22,372 nucleotides of DNA from Candidatus Aegiribacteria sp. (GTDB taxonomy: Bacteria > Fermentibacterota > Fermentibacteria > Fermentibacterales > JCC-6): assembly GCA_046498225.1 (NCBI GenBank), contig JAWOBF010000083.1:1-22372 (forward strand), read 5' to 3'. The notes under the pieces are model-generated. The model was not told where the DNA came from. It saw only the letters and a program-made list of their open reading frames with translations, and searched no databases. Within the stretch, counting starts at the first letter, position 1. The number at the start of each line of letters is the position of its first letter. Positions 16,019 through 22,372 of this stretch are shown here, piece after piece. A program made the translations under genes and the position numbers.

Positions 16019-18037
16019 ATGATGATTGATATTGAGCAGCGGCGACGGGTCCAGGAGCTGATCCAGGAAGGCAAGTACGACAGCGCTGAGAAAATACTGA
16101 ACAGAATGATGGACAACGACCCTGAGGAAGCCTCCATACACAATACCCTGGGCGACGTCCTCATGAAGCTCGACCGCAAGGAAGAGGCCCTTAAGCATTT
16201 CGGTCTGGCGGGACAGTATTACTGCAACGCAGGTCTTCATTCTGCCGCTCTGTCCGTGGCCCGAAAGGCCCTGAGGGTCGATACCACCTGCGCCATGGCC
16301 CACTATATCAAGGCTGTCAGCTACGAATTGCAGGAGAAGTTCGAGGACGCCAAGCAGGAATATCTCATGTACCTTAAATCGAAACCTTCACTGAAGGAAC
16401 TGCCGGTCCTCAAATCCTGCCATGCCATGATGCGCCTCGAACCCGAGGACAGCAAATGGGTCATCCGGTTCGCCAAGGTCGCCGCCGCCAACGAAGATGA
16501 GGTTTCCCTGAAGTATGCCATCAGCACCGCCATGGAGCGAGGTCTGAAGGAACAGGCCCAGCTGGAATCCATGCTCGGCAAACTCATGAGAAAGCTGAGA
16601 CCTGAACAGGCGAAATCGAAACCGGTGAAGAAAAAACCCGAACCGAAACCTGAACCCGAACCGAAACCTGAACCGGAGGAAAAGGAACCCGAGCCGGAGC
16701 CCGAGCCGGAGCCCGAACCGGAAAAGAAAAAGCCGGTGAAGAAGGAACCCGAGCCGGAACCCGAGCCGGAGCCCGAACCGGAGCCTGAACCGGAGCCTGA
16801 ACCTGTGCCTGAACCGGAACCTGTGGCGCAGACGCCATCCCCGGAGCCGGCAGCTGCTGACAATGAAGCGCCTACCGCCGTACTGGAGGAAGTGGAATTC
16901 GAGGAGACGGATTTCCTGGAATCATTCGAGGGTGACACCTACGATGATATGGAGGATACCTTCAGTCCTTTGGAAAGAAAGAGAATAGGCGAGTATTTTA
17001 TCGCCGAAGGCCTCCTGGAAGCATCCGATGTCCTCAAGGCCCTCGATATCCAGAAGGACAACGAGCCTGAAATGAAACTGGGAGATATTCTCGTGGGAAT
17101 GAACCTGGTCTCCGCCAGACAGCTCCAGGAAGCGCTTTCACTGCAGGTAGAGGACATGCGGAGGAACCTGGACAGGTCCAGGGGCGACGGACTGGGTTAC
17201 GTTGAACTGGGCAACCTCCTCCTCGAGGTGGGGGACTTCTACGGAGCCATAGACTCCTACCTCAGGGCCTGCACGATCTATCGGGCCAATGAGAGGGAGT
17301 ACATGGTTTTCGAGCTCCTGGAAGGCGTTCTCGACATCTGCCCCGAATCCCTGAGCGCCGCCAAGGAGATAGTAAGAATAAGAAAGGCCATGGACACGGA
17401 AGGCCAGGCGAGAGCATTCTACAGGCTTGCTGTTGCCTACCTGCTCAACGACAGTCCCCATGAAGCTCTGGCATCTCTGGAGAAGGCCGTTTCGGTGGAT
17501 CCCAGCTTCGAGATGGCGAGAACCCTCATGGAAGGGATCAGGCCGGGACTCGCGGACAGCGAGGATTACACCGACATAGCCATGATCCTGGCCGATATCG
17601 ACCGCAAGTTCGACAAGAATTCCGCCAAGGCCCTTGCTTCGATAATCAAGGAGTTCCAGGAGGGTATCGATACCGCGGTACCCATAGACGACTACAATAC
17701 CCACTACGACCTTGGAATAGCATACATGGAGATGGGACTCTACCGCGAAGCCCTCTCGGAGTTCGAGCAGGTTCTCAAGAGCCCCGATTTCCGAATGAAG
17801 GCCAGAGAGATGCTCGGCAGGTGCTGCCTTCATCTCGAGCGCTTCGATGAAGCGGAGGATCACTTCAGGAAGGGACTTTCCACCGCCGCCGGAGACCTCA
17901 GGTCCTCCGTAGGTTTCCACCTGGCCATTGCCGACGTCTACAGGGCAACCGGTCGAACTTCCCAGGCGGACAGGGAACTGGCCGCCGCGTCCAAGCTGGA
18001 CCCGGAAATGGTCAAGGTGCAGCACTCCCTGGAGTAA
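16019..18037 (+). CDS. TPR protein with (PE/PK)n linker, acidic segment, MshEN-type tandem motif and SgmX-like C-terminal TPRs
   Basis: N-terminal TPR helices ([22 protein letters not shown]); PE repeats; [12 protein letters not shown]...ALDIQ and [12 protein letters not shown]...ALSLQ; C-terminal [22 protein letters not shown]. No signal peptide or TM segment visible. Confidence 0.8.
   Translation: MMIDIEQRRRVQELIQEGKYDSAEKILNRMMDNDPEEASIHNTLGDVLMKLDRKEEALKHFGLAGQYYCNAGLHSAALSVARKALRVDTTCAMAHYIKAVSYELQEKFEDAKQEYLMYLKSKPSLKELPVLKSCHAMMRLEPEDSKWVIRFAKVAAANEDEVSLKYAISTAMERGLKEQAQLESMLGKLMRKLRPEQAKSKPVKKKPEPKPEPEPKPEPEEKEPEPEPEPEPEPEKKKPVKKEPEPEPEPEPEPEPEPEPEPVPEPEPVAQTPSPEPAAADNEAPTAVLEEVEFEETDFLESFEGDTYDDMEDTFSPLERKRIGEYFIAEGLLEASDVLKALDIQKDNEPEMKLGDILVGMNLVSARQLQEALSLQVEDMRRNLDRSRGDGLGYVELGNLLLEVGDFYGAIDSYLRACTIYRANEREYMVFELLEGVLDICPESLSAAKEIVRIRKAMDTEGQARAFYRLAVAYLLNDSPHEALASLEKAVSVDPSFEMARTLMEGIRPGLADSEDYTDIAMILADIDRKFDKNSAKALASIIKEFQEGIDTAVPIDDYNTHYDLGIAYMEMGLYREALSEFEQVLKSPDFRMKAREMLGRCCLHLERFDEAEDHFRKGLSTAAGDLRSSVGFHLAIADVYRATGRTSQADRELAAASKLDPEMVKVQHSLE
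16619..16825 (+). repeat. Coding hexanucleotide-like repeat (GAR-CCN) encoding a Pro-Glu/Pro-Lys rod
   Basis: Encodes [69 protein letters not shown]; third positions vary, so the repeat is conserved at protein level. Confidence 0.9.
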
Positions 18038-18040
18038 TAC

Positions 18041-19252
18041 TTGCTTCGCATAGAATCGGTCGGCTCACCCTCGCCCGCTTCCGCAGCAGGGCTCAGAAGA
18101 ACGGACATCCTCATATCCTGCAACGGCCATCCGGTGGATGATTTCATAGATTTCCTCTTCGCCGCGGACGGAACATTCGCAAGTATAGAATACACCAGGG
18201 CAGCCACCACAAGAAATATCAGGCTGAGACGTCTGCCCGGAAGCCACTGGGGTCTCACGTTCCGGGGTCAGACCCCCCGGGTATGCGGAAAGAAGTGCGT
18301 TTTCTGCTTCGTGGATCAGCTGCCTCCGGGAGTGCGGCCCTCGCTTCGAGTAAAAGATGATGACATAAGATATTCCTTCCTTCAGGGAACCTACGTCACC
18401 CTCAGCGAGGAAGATGTCGCGTTCGCCGTGAAAAGACGACTTTCGCCCGTACATGTATCAGTTCACGCCACGGACCCCCGCCTGAGGGGCAGGATACTGG
18501 GAACCGGAAGGGACCAGCCTGTGATGGACTGGCTGAACACACTGTCCCGGGCGGGGATCGAAATAGAGACACAGGTAGTAGCGGTCCCCGGCCTGAACGA
18601 CGGACACCATCTCGAGAGAACCGCGGAGGACCTGCTTTCGGTGGAAGGTGTCAGATCGGTGGGAGTGGTCCCCGCAGGTCTCACCCGATTCCGGGAGGGA
18701 CTGCCGGAGGTCAGACGTCCAACCGCCGGAGAGGCCGCAGACATCATCGATATCTGTCACCGATTCCGGGCCAGGGCTGCCGGAAGGGGCCGGGGAGGGT
18801 GGATATATCCCTCCGATGAGCTCTTCCTCCTGGCCGGCAGGAATATTCCCCCATCGGAATACTACCGCGGCTGCACCCTGAGGGAGAACGGGATAGGCAT
18901 GCTGTCGGAGCTCCCCTCCTCCGGAAGCAGGAGTTACCGGGGAGGGGGAATAGTATGTACGGGGTCGCTTGCCGCTCCCTTCATACGGCGGGCGCTCAGT
19001 GGAAGCGATTACCTGGTGAAGGCCGTGGAGAACAGGTTCCTGGGAGAACAGGTGGGAGTGGCCGGCCTCATCTCCGGGTCGGACGTGGCCAGAACTGTCA
19101 GCGGACTTTCCACCTCTTATAATAGACTGATATTGCCGTCAGTGATGTTCAACCACGAGATGATTACCATAGACGACCAGACCCCCGGCCATATCGAGCG
19201 TGCCACCGGCATGAAAGTAGTGGTCGCGGGGAAGCTTGAGGAGCTGGACTGA
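18041..19252 (+). CDS. DUF512-family radical-SAM-like Fe-S protein with N-terminal PDZ-like domain
   Basis: SPASAAGLRRTDILISCNG (PDZ-like), CGKKCVFCFVDQLPPGVRPSLRVKDDDIRYSFLQGTYVTL (CxxxCxxC plus family motif), SVHATDP, PGLNDG, ENGIGM, VAGLISGSD. Confidence 0.9.
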   Translation: MLRIESVGSPSPASAAGLRRTDILISCNGHPVDDFIDFLFAADGTFASIEYTRAATTRNIRLRRLPGSHWGLTFRGQTPRVCGKKCVFCFVDQLPPGVRPSLRVKDDDIRYSFLQGTYVTLSEEDVAFAVKRRLSPVHVSVHATDPRLRGRILGTGRDQPVMDWLNTLSRAGIEIETQVVAVPGLNDGHHLERTAEDLLSVEGVRSVGVVPAGLTRFREGLPEVRRPTAGEAADIIDICHRFRARAAGRGRGGWIYPSDELFLLAGRNIPPSEYYRGCTLRENGIGMLSELPSSGSRSYRGGGIVCTGSLAAPFIRRALSGSDYLVKAVENRFLGEQVGVAGLISGSDVARTVSGLSTSYNRLILPSVMFNHEMITIDDQTPGHIERATGMKVVVAGKLEELD

Positions 19253-19253
19253 A

Positions 19254-20057
19254 TTGATAACGCTGCCCATATACGTCATCTTCCTGGTCTTCCTGGCCAT
19301 TCTGATGAGCATGGAACTCAACCGCCGCAAAAAACTTGAATTCCAGGCGAGAATAAGGGAGCTGGAGAACAGTCTGGACCTCCTGAAGAAGGAGCTGGAT
19401 GACCTGGAAGCCCTTAAATCCGGAATGCTTTCCAGGATAGGCACATCCCTGAAAAAACCCCTGGAGGCGGTGAAGGAGACGGTGATAGAACTCTCCCGGC
19501 CCCTGGACAGATCGCCCGAGGTCCGGGAGCAGCTCGCCCTGCTCACTGTGGAGATAGAGGAGATAGAGAATTTCCTCAATCTGATGAAGGAGCTGGCCAC
19601 CCTGGAGAACATGGACCTTACGCAGGGGTCTCAGCCCGAAGGCATGGAAACCGCTGCCGTTTCACTGGACGGCCTGCTTTTCGAAACACTCGATGGATGG
19701 AACGATACCTTCTCGGAGCGCGGCATCTCGCTGGCCCTTTCCCTGGATGAGGACATATATGTCTCGGGTAGCAGGTACTACCTCAGGCATGCCCTGGACA
19801 ATATCCTGTCGGAGATTACCAGGGCCATGGGCAACGGAGCCCTGATACACGTTCTGCTCAAGGCCAGCCCCAAGACAGTCCGCCTCTGCCTGAGCTGCAG
19901 GGGCAGCAGACAGAAGGACTCGGAGCAGTCCGCCTTCGGAGTCGAACTGGCCCGGCAGATCGTGAGCGCTCACGACGGATGGCTCACCGAGGACGCCGAA
20001 TCCCTGCAGTACACAGTGGAGCTTCCCCTGAAGGCAGGCGAAGGAAGGCAACCATGA
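19254..20057 (+). CDS. Membrane-anchored histidine-kinase-like protein, catalytically degenerate
   Basis: One N-terminal TM helix, coiled coil, HisKA-like MLSRIGTSLKKPL, HATPase-like LRHALDNIL and AFGVELARQIVSAHDGWL. TTG 19254 follows GAGGAG (ORF track start 19236). Confidence 0.7.
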   Translation: MITLPIYVIFLVFLAILMSMELNRRKKLEFQARIRELENSLDLLKKELDDLEALKSGMLSRIGTSLKKPLEAVKETVIELSRPLDRSPEVREQLALLTVEIEEIENFLNLMKELATLENMDLTQGSQPEGMETAAVSLDGLLFETLDGWNDTFSERGISLALSLDEDIYVSGSRYYLRHALDNILSEITRAMGNGALIHVLLKASPKTVRLCLSCRGSRQKDSEQSAFGVELARQIVSAHDGWLTEDAESLQYTVELPLKAGEGRQP

Positions 20058-21418
20058 CCATGAACAGAAGCGTATTCCGAAAATACGACATCAGGGGAGT
20101 GTTCCAGCGTGACCTGGACAGGAACTTCACCGTAAGGCTGGGTAAGGCCCTGGGAGAGATGGCGGGAGGGACGGCAGCGGTAGGAAGGGACTGCAGAAAC
20201 TCCGGAGCGCAGCTGATGGACTGGCTCTCCTCCGGAATGCTCCGCTCAGGATGCAACGTTGTCGACCTTGGTGTCCAGACCACTCCCATGACCTATTTCG
20301 CAGCTCACACCCTGAGGCCTGATGTAACGGTAATGATAACCGGGAGCCACAATCCTCCGGAGTACAACGGGTTCAAGATAATGGCCGGACTGAACACCCT
20401 TCACGGAAATTCCATAAATGACATTCGACTGCGCATGGAGGGAATGGAAATATCCGACCGTCCGGCCGATGGGGCGGAAATCAGCGCCATTTCCCCGAGG
20501 AAGGCCTACCTTGAGAGACTGCTGGGGGAGTTCTCCCTGGACAGGTCCCTGAAGGTGGTGGTAGACGCCGGCAACGGTACCGGCGGAGACCCGTCGGTGG
20601 AACTGCTGGAAATGCTGGGCTGCAGGGTGGTGCCCCTCTTCTGCAATATGGATGGAAGGTTTCCGAACCATCACCCCGACCCTACCGTGGAAAAGAACCT
20701 GGACCAGCTCAGGAAATCCGTCATCAGGGAAAAGGCCGACCTTGGCCTGGCATTTGACGGCGACGCCGACAGACTTGGCGTAATAGATGACAACGGCGAC
20801 ATAATCTGGGGGGACAGACTGCTCATCATCCTCGCGAGGACTCTGCTGAAGCACAACCCCGGAGCCACCATCATCTCGGAGGTAAAGGCTTCCAGACTGT
20901 TCTTCGATGAAGTGCGGAGGGCAGGGGGGAGGGCGGTCATGTCCCCAACCGGGCATTCTCTTATCAAGAAGGCCATGACGGAGGAGAACGCGATGCTCGC
21001 AGGGGAGATGAGCGGCCATATCTTCTTCCGCGACAGGTACTACGGATACGACGACGCCCTGTACGCGTCCCTGAGGCTGATGGAGATAATAGCTTCCGAT
21101 AGGAAGCCTCTCCACAGTTATCTCGAGGGTCTGCCGGACCTTCATACCACTCCGGAGATCAGGGAGGACTGCCGGGACGAACACAAGTTCCAGCTGGTGG
21201 CCCGGGTTACACGGCTGCTGGAGGATGACGGGTACGAAGTCAATACCATTGACGGCGCCAGGATAACCTTTCCCGACGGCTGGGGACTTGTGCGCGCCTC
21301 CAACACGCAGCCTGTTCTGGTCATGAGGTTCGAGGCTGGAACCCGGGCAAGCCTCGCCGACTATGAAAAAACAGCAAGGAATTACATAGAAAAAGCCAGA
21401 AGGGAGATGGATGTCTAG
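20054..21418 (+). CDS. Phosphomannomutase/phosphoglucomutase (AlgC-like)
   Basis: FRKYDIRG, ITGSHNP (phospho-Ser), FPNHHPDP, FDGDADR (metal loop), GEMSGH, RASNTQP. ATG 20054 overlaps the upstream TGA (ATGA). Confidence 0.95.
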   Translation: MTMNRSVFRKYDIRGVFQRDLDRNFTVRLGKALGEMAGGTAAVGRDCRNSGAQLMDWLSSGMLRSGCNVVDLGVQTTPMTYFAAHTLRPDVTVMITGSHNPPEYNGFKIMAGLNTLHGNSINDIRLRMEGMEISDRPADGAEISAISPRKAYLERLLGEFSLDRSLKVVVDAGNGTGGDPSVELLEMLGCRVVPLFCNMDGRFPNHHPDPTVEKNLDQLRKSVIREKADLGLAFDGDADRLGVIDDNGDIIWGDRLLIILARTLLKHNPGATIISEVKASRLFFDEVRRAGGRAVMSPTGHSLIKKAMTEENAMLAGEMSGHIFFRDRYYGYDDALYASLRLMEIIASDRKPLHSYLEGLPDLHTTPEIREDCRDEHKFQLVARVTRLLEDDGYEVNTIDGARITFPDGWGLVRASNTQPVLVMRFEAGTRASLADYEKTARNYIEKARREMDV

Positions 21419-22370
21419 AGAAGTGGTTGAGGAACTGGATGAGCGGATCTCATCCGAATACGCTCTTCTGAACGACCTGAACTCCGCCTTCTCCAGTGTC
21501 ATAGTCGGACAGGAGGAGCTTCGCCTGGGCCTGGTAACTGCGTTGCTCTGCGACGGCCATGTACTCATCGAGGGAGTTCCCGGCCTGGCCAAGACTTTGG
21601 CGGCCAGAACCCTTTCACGGTGTGTAAAGGCCACCTTTTCCAGAATGCAGTTCACGCCCGACCTTCTTCCCACGGACCTTACCGGAACCATGATCTTCAA
21701 ACCGGAGACCAATACATTCGTTGCCAGGAAAGGTCCCGTTTTCGCCCAGTTCATACTTGCCGACGAGATCAACAGGGCGCCTGCGAAAGTACAGAGCGCT
21801 CTGCTGGAATCCATGCAGGAGCGCCAGGTCACTTTCGGCGGACAGACCCACCCTCTGCCGGTGCCGTTTTTCGTGATGGCTACTCAGAACCCTATCGAGC
21901 AGGAGGGTACGTACCCTCTTCCGGAAGCCCAGGTTGACAGGTTCCTCCTCAAGCTCAAGGTGGACTACCCCACGGCCGAACAGGAGATGGAGATACTCAA
22001 GAGGATGGGCGGCAAGCCGGTTCCCCCGGTCCAGCCGGTCACCACACCGGAGAGGATAGTCGAGCTTCAGCGGCTGGCAGCTTCCATCCTGGTGGAGGAC
22101 CCCGTCATGGATTACATGGTCAGACTCGTGTCCGCCACCCGCCACCCGAAGCAGGCGGGTCTGAGGGACCTGGAAGACCTCATATCCGTGGGAGCCAGCC
22201 CCAGGGGGACACTGGCACTCCTGGCTGCCTCCAGGGCCAGGGCGCTGCTGCAGGGAAACGCCTTCGTACATCCGGGAACTGTCAAGGAAGTTGCCCACGA
22301 TGTCCTCCGCCACAGGATAATACTCTCCTTCGAAGCCGAGGCGGAGGAGATAAATGTGGAGCAGATAATC
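21411..22370 (+). CDS. MoxR-family AAA+ ATPase, 3'-truncated by the window edge
   Basis: Absent from the ORF track because it has no stop in the window. Manual translation: MSREVVEELD...VIVGQ...GHVLIEGVPGLAKT...RMQFTPDLLPTD...ADEINRAPAKVQSALLESMQE...ATQNPIEQEGTYPLPEAQVDRF...GASPR...LRHRI. Confidence 0.95.
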   Translation, partial: MSREVVEELDERISSEYALLNDLNSAFSSVIVGQEELRLGLVTALLCDGHVLIEGVPGLAKTLAARTLSRCVKATFSRMQFTPDLLPTDLTGTMIFKPETNTFVARKGPVFAQFILADEINRAPAKVQSALLESMQERQVTFGGQTHPLPVPFFVMATQNPIEQEGTYPLPEAQVDRFLLKLKVDYPTAEQEMEILKRMGGKPVPPVQPVTTPERIVELQRLAASILVEDPVMDYMVRLVSATRHPKQAGLRDLEDLISVGASPRGTLALLAASRARALLQGNAFVHPGTVKEVAHDVLRHRIILSFEAEAEEINVEQII

Positions 22371-22372
22371 GA

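Noticed and set aside
16321..16938. Gly-Ser repeat protein on the minus strand
   Set aside because: Antisense shadow of the Pro-Glu repeat in the TPR gene.
19979..20053. N-terminal extension of PMM/PGM given by the ORF track
   Set aside because: Overlaps the upstream gene; family homology starts at MTMNRSVFRKYDIRG with an ATGA coupling at 20054.
19254..20057. Pseudogene call for the kinase-like ORF
   Set aside because: No stops or frameshifts, plausible SD and coupling on both sides; treated as a degenerate but probably expressed protein.
20246..21832. 528-aa minus-strand ORF and other long antisense ORFs (179-1585, 5824-6831, 7865-8932, 12730-13632, 17138-18025)
   Set aside because: They lie opposite well-supported genes, lack motifs, and are expected from GC-rich codon bias.

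Overview
GC-rich bacterial chromosomal window with no phage, IS or CRISPR signature. A TonB-dependent receptor, a lipoprotein and a T9SS/FlgD-type C-terminal domain point to a diderm, probably FCB-group anaerobe (Ca. Fermentibacterota-like; inference only). Left part: 3' end of a CoA-activase/DUF2229 gene, a minus-strand ABC ATPase-permease pair, then a flippase-like membrane protein, an FAD oxidoreductase and a dimethylargininase-family enzyme. Middle: a cobalamin riboswitch with a readable expression platform controlling a BtuB-like receptor and a BtuG/YncE-like beta-propeller lipoprotein, a 38-bp palindromic tandem repeat, a PHP-GT4 fusion and tRNA-Pro(TGG). Right part: a tightly packed + strand run of M14 carboxypeptidase, orphan rpmA, hutI, a TPR-(PE)n-MshEN-TPR protein, a DUF512 radical-SAM-like protein, a catalytically degenerate histidine kinase, PMM/PGM and a MoxR ATPase (truncated). 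Best candidates for new biology: (i) the SgmX-like TPR scaffold carrying a c-di-GMP-binding MshEN module, in one gene run with a pseudo-histidine kinase; (ii) the B12 riboswitch whose terminator also hides the Shine-Dalgarno of a probable CTG-initiated btuB, in a minimal btuB-btuG-like operon. All family calls come from motif recognition by eye, not database searches.
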